Part shown: positions 1 to 10,259 of the stretch, in pieces
Position numbering within the stretch: the stretch's first letter is position 1
How the letters are laid out: each line of letters begins with the position of its first letter
NCBI GenBank assembly: GCA_963974105.1
Contig: CAXBBG010000002.1
Location: forward strand, 127,396-191,395
DNA length: 64,000 nucleotides
Direction: 5' to 3'
From: an uncultured Magnetococcales bacterium
GTDB taxonomy: Bacteria; Pseudomonadota; Alphaproteobacteria; UBA2136
Notes under the pieces: generated by a model
The model's database searches: none
What the model saw: only the letters and a program-made list of their open reading frames with translations
Told to the model about the DNA's origin: nothing
Position numbers and translations under genes: made by a program

Positions 1-479
1 ATATCGAATAGGCTTGGATATGAAGAACCTTCAACAAGACCAAGCGTTACTTTACCGCTTGATATTTTTTCAAATAAGAAGCTGTCTTTTATGTCCGCAT
101 AATTGATCATGAATAAGAATGCACCTACAAGGCCACCTATAACAAAAACACCAGCGTCCTTACGACCTGTTGCAAAGGCTGTTATACCTGTTCCTGGACA
201 GTAACCTGAAATGGCAAAACCTATTCCTAATAATGCACCACCAACGACAACACCAATGTAAGAGTCTTTGACAGATAAATGTGCAATATCAATAAGGCCA
301 AGTTCAATACCAGCAAATAAGCCGATAGATGAAAAACCAATAGCACCAAGAATAATCTTCATGAGTCTTGTGTCTGTTAATCTAAGCATGTTTATAATGT
401 TGTTAGGGTTTGTTGCACCCACTCTGTCTAGAGCAAAGCCAAATAAACCACCAATAAGGATTGCTAGAAATATACTCAT
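1..479 (-). CDS. YeeE/YedE (DUF395) family sulfur-compound transporter half-protein; 3' end cut by window edge
   Basis: Absent from the ORF track because it runs off the edge. Minus-strand ATG at 479-477 gives MSIFLAILIGGLFGFALDRVGATNPNN..., later ...GALLGIGFAISGYCPGTGIT.... These are glycine-rich TM helices plus the conserved Cys motif of YeeE/YedE. It starts 1 nt after the stop of the upstream paralogue. Confidence 0.75.
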   Translation of the reverse strand, partial: MSIFLAILIGGLFGFALDRVGATNPNNIINMLRLTDTRLMKIILGAIGFSSIGLFAGIELGLIDIAHLSVKDSYIGVVVGGALLGIGFAISGYCPGTGITAFATGRKDAGVFVIGGLVGAFLFMINYADIKDSFLFEKISSGKVTLGLVEGSSYPSLFD

Positions 480-480
480 A

Positions 481-1062
481 TTATTTCTCCTTTTTTCTAA
501 ATACTAAGATAGCGGTAGGAATGCCTGCGGCAAATGCACCAGCTGCAAATAAATAACCACTTAATGATGTTTGCATAATACCACTCATCATGTGACCACT
601 TGTGCAACCGCCAGCAAGCCTTGCCCCATACAAAACAAGCACACCTGAAAGAAATGCAACGATATAACGCTTGGTCTTATTGTTACCGTAGTTATCGCGC
701 CAAACCTTTGGCATTGTGTTTTCTTCTTGAGTTTGTCCGCCACGTAGTTTAGACGATATCCAAGCACCTGCTAACATGGCAAAAACAAATACATAACTGT
801 AATTTAATGGGTTACTTACACTTTTGGCGTATTTTCCACCGCTTTTATTAAGGTATTCATTCGTACTTACATAACCACTTTTTGCAGCTGCGTCCTCTGT
901 TATAAGGGAAGGTGTTACCGCATCCCATACAATAGCATCTGCAATAACAAACTGTGTAGACACGCCAATAGGCTTCACAAGCCATACAGCGAGTAGGAAT
1001 ACACCACCAAGCATAATAATAGCTTTAAGCAATGATTTGTTCTCTTTACATTTATATTTCAT
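481..1062 (-). CDS. YeeE/YedE (DUF395) family sulfur-compound transporter half-protein
   Basis: 193 aa, multi-TM, motif GGCTSGHMMSG typical of YeeE/YedE. Paired with a second half-size paralogue downstream and an ArsR-type regulator divergently upstream. Confidence 0.8.
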   Translation of the reverse strand: MKYKCKENKSLLKAIIMLGGVFLLAVWLVKPIGVSTQFVIADAIVWDAVTPSLITEDAAAKSGYVSTNEYLNKSGGKYAKSVSNPLNYSYVFVFAMLAGAWISSKLRGGQTQEENTMPKVWRDNYGNNKTKRYIVAFLSGVLVLYGARLAGGCTSGHMMSGIMQTSLSGYLFAAGAFAAGIPTAILVFRKKEK

Positions 1063-1135
1063 ATCAACTTTCTCTCATATTAGATATATTTAATATTATT
1101 ATATGTGTTTGCATGTCATTAGTCAATAGTGTAAT

Positions 1136-1151
1136 ATTAGAAAAATCTAAT
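1136..1151. promoter_or_regulatory. Perfect inverted repeat ATTAGA-N4-TCTAAT in the yeeE/arsR divergent intergenic region; candidate operator
   Basis: Read directly at 1136-1151, about 20 nt upstream of the ArsR-family start codon. No binding data. Confidence 0.2.
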
Positions 1152-1170
1152 TTAATAAAGGACGTGCATT

Positions 1171-1467
1171 ATGGTGAGTGAAGTTAACAAAGAATCTTTG
1201 GCTGATGTTGTTGCTATAATGAAGTTGCTTTCAAATCCTACAAGGCTTGGTGCACTTTGCCTTATGCTTGAAGATGAAATATCTGTAAGTGATTTATCAA
1301 AAAAGTTAGAAATAGAGCAAACAGCACTTTCTCAACACTTGAAAATGCTACGCGACAATGACTTAGTTGAAGTGCGCAGAGACCACCGTACGCTTTATTA
1401 TAGTTCTAAAAATAAAAATATTTTAACTTTAATAAAAACGCTTAAAGATCTTTATTGTCAGCCATAA
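1171..1467 (+). CDS. ArsR/SmtB family winged-helix transcriptional regulator (BigR/SqrR-like, non-metal type)
   Basis: 98 aa; LSNPTRLGALCLML...ISVSDLSKKLEIEQTALSQHLKMLRDNDLVEVRRDHRTLYY is the ArsR HTH core. It lacks the ELCVCDL metal site but has one Cys in helix 2 (ALCLM) and one near the C-terminus (LYCQP). Confidence 0.8.
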   Translation: MVSEVNKESLADVVAIMKLLSNPTRLGALCLMLEDEISVSDLSKKLEIEQTALSQHLKMLRDNDLVEVRRDHRTLYYSSKNKNILTLIKTLKDLYCQP

Positions 1468-1506
1468 TACAAATTAGATAAAGCATTCGCCCGCTTTATT
1501 TATGCA

Positions 1507-3216
1507 TTAACTTCCCTCTGTAGGGATTATTTTCTTTTCTATATCAAGGTAATTTAAAACGCTCTGTGATAATTGGGTGGCAATATTAATGTGTTCAGGG
1601 ATCGTTGAAATGTTGTAATGAGACATAAGCGCTTGCGCGTGCTCACTGTCTATTGCGCGTGCAAAAATGGGAAGGTCTGGATAACTAGCGCGAATTTCTT
1701 TAATGCATTTATCAGTGGCTTCTTGACTATTTAAAGTAATAACAACACCTCTAGCTTTATCTAGATAGAGCTTTTTAAGGGTTGATGCTTTTAGCACGTC
1801 ACCGTAAAGGGCGTCGACACCAATTCGTTTGGCTAAGTTAAATTTTGCGGCGTTTTTATCAAGTGCAATAATGTGCATACCTTGTGTTGCCAGACGTTCA
1901 CTTAAATAGTGTCCCACGCGCCCATATCCAATAATGACGAGGTGATCTGAAATGTTCATTATATCAGGTTGAGAAGGCGTAGATTCAGATACGTCAGGGC
2001 TTTCATTATCGGATATCCTTTGCCCAATTTTTCTAGCGATAGGTGAAATAACAGGTGTGGCTATCATGGTTATACCGATGATGATAAGTATAAATTCTCC
2101 CGCATTTTGATTTACTAGGCCGCTTGTTAGGGTTGTACCTATAACAAGTAAACCAAATTCACCTGCTTGAGGCAATAAAAGTGCTGTTTCGGTTGCGATG
2201 GCATGAGATTTTTTCCATAGCCTGCAAAGCACGTAAATAATTGTTGATTTTAATGCCATTAAACCAAAGGCAGATACGAAGTAAAGAAGAGGCGATTCGA
2301 ATATTTTTGATATGTTGATGCTCATACCAAATGAAATAAAAAATATGCCGAGTAAAAGACCTTTAAATGGCATGATGGTAGACTCTATCTCATGTCTAAA
2401 TTCAGTTTCTGCAAGCAGCAAGCCCGCTAAAAATGCACCCAGTGCGAGTGATATTCCAGCAAGGCCTGCAAGAGATGACGTAAGTAATATGACAAGCAAT
2501 GTTAAAGCCATAAATACTTCGATGTTGCCATGCTTGTTCGCAAATATAAAGACAGGTCTTAATACAAAACGTCCTGAAATGTAGATAAATACGCCTGTAA
2601 CAATCATTTTCCCTAAAGCCAATACAAGTGCAGTATGAATAGGTTGGTCACTGTTTGTAGAAAGTATGGTTAGCAGGAATAGAATAGGCATAACGGCAAT
2701 GTCTTGCATAAGTAATATGCCGAATGTTGTGCGTCCTGTTTGGGTGGCAAATAACTTTTTTTCTTGAAGCCACTGGGTAATAATAGCTGTGGAAGATAAG
2801 GAAAGCGCCAAACCTATCAGTATAGAAATTGTGATCGAATTTCCCCACAAGTATGCTACGCCACCAATAGCGGTGGCTGTTATTATGACTTGTGCGCTAC
2901 CAAGCCCAAATACAAGTTGCCTCATTTGCCAAAGCCTTTGTGGTGAAAGCTCAAGACCAATGACAAAGAGCAGAAGTATTATGCCAAGCTCGGAGGCGTG
3001 GTGTACGTATTCATTACTTTGAAATGTTAGATGTGAAAGAAAAGGGTAATCACCGACAAGTAACCCAATACCAAAAGGGCCTAATATAATACCTGATATT
3101 AAATATCCAAGAGTGTTGGTTATTCTGATTTTTTTTAGCAATGGCACAACCAAAGCCGCGACTGCTAAAAACAGACATACTTCAATCAATATAGGTAATA
3201 ATGGCGACTCTTTCAT
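1507..3216 (-). CDS. Monovalent cation:proton antiporter-2 (CPA2) family K+ efflux protein, KefB/KefC-like, with C-terminal TrkA-N (RCK) domain
   Basis: 569 aa; about 12 TM helices, then HLVIIGYGRVGHYLSERL (Rossmann GxGxxG of the TrkA-N domain). Confidence 0.8.
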   Translation of the reverse strand: MKESPLLPILIEVCLFLAVAALVVPLLKKIRITNTLGYLISGIILGPFGIGLLVGDYPFLSHLTFQSNEYVHHASELGIILLLFVIGLELSPQRLWQMRQLVFGLGSAQVIITATAIGGVAYLWGNSITISILIGLALSLSSTAIITQWLQEKKLFATQTGRTTFGILLMQDIAVMPILFLLTILSTNSDQPIHTALVLALGKMIVTGVFIYISGRFVLRPVFIFANKHGNIEVFMALTLLVILLTSSLAGLAGISLALGAFLAGLLLAETEFRHEIESTIMPFKGLLLGIFFISFGMSINISKIFESPLLYFVSAFGLMALKSTIIYVLCRLWKKSHAIATETALLLPQAGEFGLLVIGTTLTSGLVNQNAGEFILIIIGITMIATPVISPIARKIGQRISDNESPDVSESTPSQPDIMNISDHLVIIGYGRVGHYLSERLATQGMHIIALDKNAAKFNLAKRIGVDALYGDVLKASTLKKLYLDKARGVVITLNSQEATDKCIKEIRASYPDLPIFARAIDSEHAQALMSHYNISTIPEHINIATQLSQSVLNYLDIEKKIIPTEGS

Positions 3217-3450
3217 GGTTATATTAAACCATAAATTTCATTTGAATGTGAGTGAGATTTTATAAATACTAATAAAAAAACTTTAAAAAGGTGATTGTTT
3301 TATCATTATAAGTGGCTGTAAATTTTTTGTTATTTAGATATTGTCAGTTAGATTCTACTATGGAAATGCAAAAGTATATATGTACATTTTATCTTTTACT
3401 ACTCATTGCAGTTGTGCTGTTTTGGGCGTACACTTAATCAAAATAAGAAT

Positions 3451-5412
3451 ATGGAGTCCTTTATGAGCTTGAAAAAATCCTATCCCGTTCCTCAAAAAGT
3501 TAAAGATAATGCTTATATTGATCAAAAAAAATATAAAGAAATGTATGCGCTTTCTATAACGGATCCGCATAAGTTTTGGGGAGATATGGCAGAAAAGTTT
3601 TTGTCTTGGGATAAAAAATGGGATGAAGTAAGCCATTGTAATTTTGAAGAACCGCGTATTGAATGGTTTAAAGGGGGGCAACTTAATGTGTCTTATAACT
3701 GTTTAGACAGACATCTTAAAGAGCGTGGTGACAAAATAGCTATTTTATGGGAAGCCGATAACCCCGAAGAAAAAGATGTACGCTTAACCTATGCACAATT
3801 GCATGAACGGGTTTGTAAGTTTTCAAATGTGTTAAAAAAACATGGTGTTCAAAAAGGTGACCGTGTGTGCATTTATATGCCTATGGTGCCAGAGGCAGCT
3901 ATAGCGATGCTAGCATGTGCACGTATCGGCGCTATTCATAATGTTGTTTTTGGTGGTTTTAGTGCTGAGGCTTTGCAAAGCCGCATTGAAAGTTCTGAGT
4001 GTAAAATTGTTATTACAGCCGATGAAGGTTGGCGTGGCGGGAAAAGAATTAAGCTAAAAGACACGGTAGATAACGCTTTAGATCATGCTTGTCAAAGTGT
4101 GAAGAAGGTCGTTGTGCTAAAGCGTACAGGCGGAGATATAAACTTTCAAGAGGGGCGTGACCTTTGGTACTACGATGAAATGTTGACGGCCAGTAAGGAC
4201 TGCCCTGTAGAGATTATGGACGCGCAAGATCCTTTGTTTATTTTATATACCAGTGGTTCAACAGGTCAACCAAAAGGCGTTGTGCATGGCACAGGCGGTT
4301 ATCTGCTTTATGCGGCGGCAACGTTTAAATATGTGTTCGACTATAAGGAGGATGATATATTTTGGTGTACAGCAGATGTGGGTTGGATTACGGGGCACAG
4401 TTATATGGTTTATGGCCCTTTGGCAAACGGCGCAACCACACTTATGTTTGAAGGCGTGCCGCAATATCCAAGTTGGAGTAGGTTTTGGGAGGTGGTTGAT
4501 AAATATAAGGTCAATATTTTATACACAGCGCCTACAGCTATTCGTGCCATTGAAAGTCATGGTGATGCATATTTAGAAAGTACCAGTAGAAAAAGTTTAC
4601 GCATTTTAGGTTCAGTAGGAGAGCCTATCAATCCTGAAGCATGGTTGTGGTATTACGAAAAGGTTGGGCATGGTGATTGTCAAATAGTTGATACATGGTG
4701 GCAAACGGAAACAGGCGGGCATATGCTTACGCCACTTCCAGGCGTAACCGACCTTAAACCCGGTTGTGCGACATTGCCATTTTTTGGTGTGGTTCCAAAA
4801 ATTGTAGATGAAAATGGTAACGAGCTAAAAGGTGCTTGTGAGGGTATTTTGTGCATTGAAAGCAGTTGGCCAGGGCAAATGATAACGGTTTATGGTGACC
4901 ATAAACGTTACAAAGACGCTTATTTTAGCACTTTTAAAAATTCATATTTCACAGGTGACGGTTGCACACGTGACGCAGACGGTTATTATTGGATTACAGG
5001 ACGCGTGGATGATCTTATCAATGTGTCAGGTCACCGTATTGGAACGGCAGAGGTTGAAAGTGCATTGGTGTTGCATAAAGCGGTTTCAGAAGCGGCGGTT
5101 GTTGGTTTCCCGCACCCTATTAAAGGTGAGGGAATATATGCCTATGTGACCTTGCACGATGGATATGAGGCAAGTGATGGGCTATATAATGAGCTGATTG
5201 CGCAATGTGCTAAGGAAATTGGTCCTATCGCAAAGCCCGATGTTATTCACTGGACGCAAGCTTTACCTAAAACAAGGTCGGGTAAAATTATGCGCCGTAT
5301 TTTACGCAAAATTAGCGCACAGGAAACAGATAATTTAGGTGATATTTCCACATTGGCAGAACCAGAGGTTGTGAGCGAACTTATAAAAGGTCGTCAAAAA
5401 ATTAAGCTGTAA
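3451..5412 (+). CDS. acs: Acetyl-CoA synthetase (AMP-forming)
   Basis: [15 protein letters not shown]-binding motif, WWQTETGG, and a C-terminal [11 protein letters not shown] motif with the acetylatable Lys. The track ORF opens at 3406, but an ATG at 3451 ([14 protein letters not shown]...) or 3463 is more plausible. Confidence 0.93.
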   Translation: MESFMSLKKSYPVPQKVKDNAYIDQKKYKEMYALSITDPHKFWGDMAEKFLSWDKKWDEVSHCNFEEPRIEWFKGGQLNVSYNCLDRHLKERGDKIAILWEADNPEEKDVRLTYAQLHERVCKFSNVLKKHGVQKGDRVCIYMPMVPEAAIAMLACARIGAIHNVVFGGFSAEALQSRIESSECKIVITADEGWRGGKRIKLKDTVDNALDHACQSVKKVVVLKRTGGDINFQEGRDLWYYDEMLTASKDCPVEIMDAQDPLFILYTSGSTGQPKGVVHGTGGYLLYAAATFKYVFDYKEDDIFWCTADVGWITGHSYMVYGPLANGATTLMFEGVPQYPSWSRFWEVVDKYKVNILYTAPTAIRAIESHGDAYLESTSRKSLRILGSVGEPINPEAWLWYYEKVGHGDCQIVDTWWQTETGGHMLTPLPGVTDLKPGCATLPFFGVVPKIVDENGNELKGACEGILCIESSWPGQMITVYGDHKRYKDAYFSTFKNSYFTGDGCTRDADGYYWITGRVDDLINVSGHRIGTAEVESALVLHKAVSEAAVVGFPHPIKGEGIYAYVTLHDGYEASDGLYNELIAQCAKEIGPIAKPDVIHWTQALPKTRSGKIMRRILRKISAQETDNLGDISTLAEPEVVSELIKGRQKIKL

Positions 5413-5934
5413 AATGAATACTGTTCACGGATATATCGTGGCAGCGTATAGCGGTAATAATAGACACCAAACTTGCTTTTATGTAAGTACATGAGTGGTG
5501 AGTTTAGTGTCGAAATGAGAAGAGGTAAAGGTTTTGTTAAAGCTTAGCCACATTCATAACTAAGTTATAGATAAACCAGCCATCGCCAGTAATAAATGAC
5601 TGCGGCTTAGCTGTAGCAGCATCACGCTGCACACCCAATCCATCATCGTATGGTTGAAATGAAACAATCTTATCTAACTTAATTCTCAATAGCTTTTAAA
5701 TCATCTATATCTTCAAAGTTTTCAATAAGGTTGATAATATCACTCTTAGCTTGATTATATTTTGATTTGCACTCTTTATGTGAACGTCTTAAAAAGCCAG
5801 CAGGTTCTTCGCAATATTTACAAATAAGATATCAACAGCTTACAGCCCACCACAAAAGACAGTTTGTACAACCAAATTGTACCACCTGCATACAAACCTG
5901 AATAACCTGATGAAATAAATAAGAAAGTTATAAA

Positions 5935-6019
5935 TGGTGCGGATAATAGGAATCGAACCTACACATCTTTCGATACAAGAACCTAAATCTTGCGCGTCTA
6001 CCAGTTCCGCCATATCCGC
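5935..6019 (-). tRNA. tRNA-Leu (anticodon UAG), long variable arm, CCA encoded
   Basis: Reverse complement GCGGATATGGCGGAACTGGTAGACGCGCAAGATTTAGGTTCTTG...TATCCGCACCA. Acceptor GCGGATA/TATCCGC, anticodon stem CAAGA/TCTTG, loop TTTAGGT. Confidence 0.9.
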
Positions 6020-6048
6020 AAAACACCATATAACACAGCTTTAATAAA

Positions 6049-6125
6049 TGGGGCGAGCGACCGGGCTTGAACCGGCGACATCCAGCACCACAAGCTGGCG
6101 CTCTACCAACTGAGCTACGCCCGCC
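6049..6125 (-). tRNA. tRNA-His (anticodon GUG) with G-1, CCA encoded
   Basis: Reverse complement GGCGGGCGTAGCTCAGTTGGTAGAGCGCCAGCTTGTGGTGCTGG...CGCTCGCCCCA. Anticodon stem CCAGC/GCTGG, loop TTGTGGT, and the 8-bp acceptor stem typical of tRNA-His. Confidence 0.9.
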
Positions 6126-6285
6126 ATAAGTTGAGTTACTTTTCAGTCATCTCTCTTAAAGCTGGTTTGAGTTTTAACCAACTTTTAAACAAAGTGCAAC
6201 TAAAAAAAACGCAAAAACAAAAAAAAGTTTCATGTGCATTAAAATACCTTGCCAAATACACTGATTATGCTATGTTTTGATTGTT

Positions 6286-6362
<77 letters not shown>

Positions 6363-6604
6363 TTTAATCTAGATTTTGTCGAACTTTAGAGAAATCCCCT
6401 CAAAAAAGCCCGCTGTGTGCGGCGAATCGCCGAAACTGTTTTTCCGATGGACAGTAGAGAATATCCATTTCTCATGCAATATAGTGCGTTTTCTCTATGG
6501 GTTAATTTTTCGTCCCTCGGGCACATAGATCATAATCCAATTATAATTAGATTTATTTCAGATAAGTGGACCTTACTATAAAGGAATTTATATGAAGGAA
6601 TCGT

Positions 6605-6901
6605 TTAGAATGAAATTTCCAAAATCTTCGCAATAACATTGCGGACGTAGCGGCTGGAGCAATTTTCTCGTTCGGCAATAGTTTGTAGATTTTTACCTGC
6701 GAAATGTTCTTCTCGCCAAATGGTTCCTTGGACAATCTTTTTAATTTCAGTAGTGGATAAACTATCGATGTCATTTTGAATGTTTGATCTGATGACAATT
6801 GCACCTCTTTTTACACGCTTGGTTTGATAGGGTATAGTTAAATTTATTTCATTTGAAATAGTGTTGATATTCAGCTCTAAATACTCTTTAGCAAGTGCTG
6901 T
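6605..6901 (-). pseudogene. C-terminal fragment of a resolvase-family (serine) recombinase: start-less, N-terminal catalytic domain missing, extreme C-terminus truncated
   Basis: Own translation of the minus strand (a different frame from track ORF 6553..6804): TALAKEYLELNINTISNEINLTIPYQTKRVKRGAIVIRSNIQNDIDSLSTTEIKKIVQGTIWREEHFAGKNLQTIAERENCSSRYVRNVIAKILEISF*. The block ...W...F.G..L..IAERE..S.RYV... resembles, from memory, the HTH tail of alphaproteobacterial 'recombinase family protein' genes. Bounded upstream by TAG at 6904-6902, with no Met. Confidence 0.5.
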
Positions 6902-7062
6902 CTATTGGACAACTGGACAACAAAGTTTACAGTTGCTAAATATACCTATTAAATGAGTTGGACGCTCTTAAATGGGAATATGTTTCTATACGATTACAAA
7001 TCGTAAATTGAGGCGACAGCCTAAACAAATCATTTTTTTACCACCTCAAAATCACCAATAAT

Positions 7063-9072
7063 TTATTTCTTAATACCCCAATACTTATAGAGTTCAGTGC
7101 CTTTTTGTGGAATGGTGACAGTATTTTCTCGTTGACAGAAACCGTTGATCAAGCCTAACAAACCAATAAGAACAAGGGCACGAGCCAGTTGGCCTGCGTA
7201 CGGGAACTTGTCTTTGTACTTACCTGCACTTCTCCAAATTGAAATATAAACAAATGCACAATAAAAAAGGACGAACCAATAGAAAATAGCTACAACCCCC
7301 ATGCCTTTTAAGGAGTAAATAAAACTATCGTAATTCGTATTAATATAGTTGAATAGTAAAGGGAATGCTACAAGTCCAAAACCTGCAAAAACCCAGAAGG
7401 TTACCTTTAGAGGGATATCTCCATTAAAAAGCTTGATGAAAAAGTTTTTCTTATCGCTTTTAGTGTCGTTTGATACTCGAACTTTAGAAGTTTCTAGGTT
7501 TTTATATCCAGTAAAAAAAATCCTATATATTTTAAGGCTTAAGATACTAAATAAGATGGCAAGCATTGGGCTCATGTAATATCTATAACGTTGGTTTTCA
7601 CCAATTTCTAATAATATAGAAGTCGTTGTTACGTAACCAATAATATAAAGCATTGCCCAGTAAACTATTGCTTGTGGGTCTTTATTATAACTTTTATGAC
7701 AAGCTACACAGAAGCCATAACCAATAAGTCCTAATAAAATAAACGGTGTAAACCACGGGAAATTAGTCCAGCCATTATATTCAATGTATTCCCAAATATA
7801 ATTGGGCATATCATGGTTTTTAGTCCATCGCTCTCTCAAGATTTGACTTTGTGACATGCTTGTCCAATTCATACGTCCAGTGGTTATAAAGCTCCAAGCC
7901 CTGTCCCAGGGTTCGGTCGCGTTTTTACCGTATGTATGAAACCACTCGCTAGGTGAAAGCATGAACAGATAAAGTGCTGCTTGAGTGCCTTTAAGATAAA
8001 CCTCTGGGTGTGTCTTGAGCATATTTAAAGAGTTTTTTTCTGCTTCCTTAGAAAAAGTCGCCATTGCTAAATGATGTAAATTGGATGTTTTCCCATCGGC
8101 GTGCTTAACCATATCGAGAATAGGTATTCCAGTAGATTCTTTTACGTCTTCAAAATTAGGATAAGCTTCCACTGGGGTAAATGGTTTGATATGTGCATTA
8201 GGTGTAATCACACCTTCTTTGATAAAATTATTTTTTTCCTCGGGCGATGTTGGGTAGTACAACATGATATTAGAAATGCTCAAGCCGCCCCAAGTTGAAG
8301 CTGCAAATTGTCCTGTTTGCATGTATGTTTTCCCATACCATGATAAAATAATGCACAATGGTATAATACACCCAAGTAAAATTTTCCAACGATACTTACC
8401 TATAAATAAAAACAATAGCAAGGCAGCAACCACAAAAAATACAAGATGAAATATACTGTGCAACAGTGATACTGCTACCAAGCAAAAAAAGATGTAGCTT
8501 GCATTTTTATAACTAGGTTTATCTACAAATTTAATTAAATTAAATATCGAAAGGGTGATCAAAACAGTTATAGGAAAAGTGTATAAAAAATAACTTCCGT
8601 AATAAAGAGAGTTTGCACTAATACTAAATAAAAATGCGATTCCAGCAGACCAGTAGGCTGGAACACCTAGCCTTAATTGAATATTATAAAGCGTAAGCAT
8701 AAGTATAACACCTAGCACAACAAATATAGGTAAGGCTGCAATCCAGTATTGTTCAAAAGGAGACAGGTTTATAACAAGCCAGGTGAAAATTGCAAATAAA
8801 GGAGGTTGGGCATGCATACTCCATAAATTTACCCAAAAATCATTTTGCATAAGGTTAATGTCCATCATAAACATTCCGCCTATTGTTGCTTCCATGTTAA
8901 TTCCTACAAATAAAATGCAGGCTCTTACTAAGAGATATAAGGCTGTAAGAATTAAAGGGATTTTATAATGAATAAAGTTTTTATCTGTAGATAGTGCTGG
9001 CATCATACGAAAAAAATCACAGCATTTTTGTTTGACTTTATTTATGGATAAATAAGGGGTTTTTAGCTTCAT
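7063..9072 (-). CDS. GT-C fold polyprenyl-phosphate-sugar-dependent glycosyltransferase (ArnT/PMT_2/GtrC-like) with a fused C-terminal small membrane module
   Basis: 669 aa, more than 12 TM helices. The first periplasmic loop carries acidic residues followed by HAQPPLFAIFTWLV (the H-PPL signature of the PMT_2/ArnT family), and there is a large periplasmic loop around residues 270-420. It is divergent from a GT2/GtrA operon. The last ~115 aa (FFIKLFNGDIPLKVTFW...IWRSAGKYKDK...) look like a separate small-membrane-protein family fused in frame. Confidence 0.65.
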   Translation of the reverse strand: MKLKTPYLSINKVKQKCCDFFRMMPALSTDKNFIHYKIPLILTALYLLVRACILFVGINMEATIGGMFMMDINLMQNDFWVNLWSMHAQPPLFAIFTWLVINLSPFEQYWIAALPIFVVLGVILMLTLYNIQLRLGVPAYWSAGIAFLFSISANSLYYGSYFLYTFPITVLITLSIFNLIKFVDKPSYKNASYIFFCLVAVSLLHSIFHLVFFVVAALLLFLFIGKYRWKILLGCIIPLCIILSWYGKTYMQTGQFAASTWGGLSISNIMLYYPTSPEEKNNFIKEGVITPNAHIKPFTPVEAYPNFEDVKESTGIPILDMVKHADGKTSNLHHLAMATFSKEAEKNSLNMLKTHPEVYLKGTQAALYLFMLSPSEWFHTYGKNATEPWDRAWSFITTGRMNWTSMSQSQILRERWTKNHDMPNYIWEYIEYNGWTNFPWFTPFILLGLIGYGFCVACHKSYNKDPQAIVYWAMLYIIGYVTTTSILLEIGENQRYRYYMSPMLAILFSILSLKIYRIFFTGYKNLETSKVRVSNDTKSDKKNFFIKLFNGDIPLKVTFWVFAGFGLVAFPLLFNYINTNYDSFIYSLKGMGVVAIFYWFVLFYCAFVYISIWRSAGKYKDKFPYAGQLARALVLIGLLGLINGFCQRENTVTIPQKGTELYKYWGIKK

Positions 9073-9248
9073 TTTTAAGAACGCTCACGTAAATTGATAA
9101 TACTTATTTTAATAAGCGCACATTAAAACACACGCGTAAAAAAATTAAAATCTTAAATTAAATTTTTTATAATGGGGGGCTATATTAATTATAGTCATAA
9201 TTCAAATTTTATGATAATTTCGTCATGTAAAATAAAGGAAATAATTCA

Positions 9249-10259
9249 ATGCCTCAGAATAAAGAAACTACCGTTTTTGATAAAAATATTGTTTTTTCAG
9301 TTGTTGCGCCTGTTTATAATGAAGAAGAAGCTATTCATATTTACATTGAAAAAACACTTAAAACCCTAAAAGAAATGGGTGTTAATTACGAGCTGATATT
9401 GGTTAATGACGGATCTACTGACAACACACTAGAAATTTTAAAAACTTCCGCACAAAAAGAACAATGCGTTAGAGTTATTGAACTTTCTCGTAATTTTGGT
9501 AGAGAAATTGCCATGACAGCAGGGCTTGAACACTCTGTTGGTGATTATGTTGTTATTATGGATAGCGATATGCAAGACCCACCTGAACTGATCCCTGATC
9601 TTCTACAAAAGCTTTTAACTGATGAGCTCGACATTGTTTATGCTGCTCGCCAGTCTCGTAATGGCGAAACCTTCCTTAAAAAATTATCCTCCAAATTGTT
9701 TTATCGTGTAGCTTCAAGTATGACTGGATTAAATATCCCACAAAATGCTGGAGATTTCCGGGTTTTTTCACGCAAAGCTTTAAATTCTATTTTAACGATG
9801 CGAGAGCATAACCGTTATCTAAAAATGCTTTATGCGTATGTTGGTTATAGGGTTGGAAGTGTTGCCTTTGATAGGCCTGAAAGGTTGGCAGGAGAGTCAA
9901 GCTACAATTGGAGCTCACTTCTAGGTGCGGCAACAGACGCAATCTTCGCCTTTTCAAATAAACCATTAAGAATTATGAGTTTAGTAAGTATTACCATCAG
10001 CTCATGTTTGTTTGTTTATGCATGCTATATTTTTGTAACAAAAATTATGGGCGCAAATGTTGTTGAAGGTTGGACTAGTCTTATGTTGCTCATGTCCTTC
10101 ATGTTTTCAATTCTATTTGTTTTTCTTGCTTTAATTAGTGAGTATATCTCACGTATTCTTATTGAATGTAAAAATCGACCTCTATACTATATACGCGATG
10201 AAACAGGTAACGCCGTTTTTGACATTCCAGAAATGTTACAAAATGAAAAGAAAGATTAA
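9249..10259 (+). CDS. GT2 family polyprenyl-phosphate glycosyltransferase (GtrB/ArnC/DPM1-like)
   Basis: 336 aa; VVAPVYNEEEAI, LVNDGSTDNT, SRNFGREIAMTAGLEHSVGDYVVIMDSDMQDPPELI (DxD plus QDPPE), and two C-terminal TM helices as in GtrB/ArnC. Confidence 0.88.
   Translation: MPQNKETTVFDKNIVFSVVAPVYNEEEAIHIYIEKTLKTLKEMGVNYELILVNDGSTDNTLEILKTSAQKEQCVRVIELSRNFGREIAMTAGLEHSVGDYVVIMDSDMQDPPELIPDLLQKLLTDELDIVYAARQSRNGETFLKKLSSKLFYRVASSMTGLNIPQNAGDFRVFSRKALNSILTMREHNRYLKMLYAYVGYRVGSVAFDRPERLAGESSYNWSSLLGAATDAIFAFSNKPLRIMSLVSITISSCLFVYACYIFVTKIMGANVVEGWTSLMLLMSFMFSILFVFLALISEYISRILIECKNRPLYYIRDETGNAVFDIPEMLQNEKKD

Noticed and set aside
268-507. 79-aa plus-strand ORF at the window start
   Set aside because: It lies antisense to, and entirely within or overlapping, the two YeeE/YedE genes, whose translations carry clear family motifs. 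It is a shadow ORF.
2312-3022. Three ORFs (2312..2584 +, 2648..2848 -, 2789..3022 +) inside the kef-type antiporter gene
   Set aside because: They are antisense or out of frame relative to a 569-aa ORF with a coherent CPA2 + TrkA-N architecture. Their composition is low-complexity.
3403-3681. 92-aa minus-strand ORF and the 3406 start of the acs ORF
   Set aside because: The minus ORF overlaps the acs 5' end and is Phe/Ile-rich AT junk. The first 15 codons of the track's acs ORF ([15 protein letters not shown]) precede the conserved N-terminus and lack an SD, so an internal ATG is preferred.
6500-6525. Possible degenerate attR copy of the tRNA-Arg 3' end (ttcgtccctcgggcacata versus atcctgtcgggcgcacca)
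   Set aside because: Only about 12 of 18 positions match, with gaps. It lies before the recombinase relic rather than at a plausible far border. The match is too weak to call.
6553-6804. 83-aa minus-strand ORF from the track
   Set aside because: It is in a different frame from the one that yields the recombinase-like HTH tail. Its own translation shows no motif. The region is better explained as a pseudogene (6605-6901).
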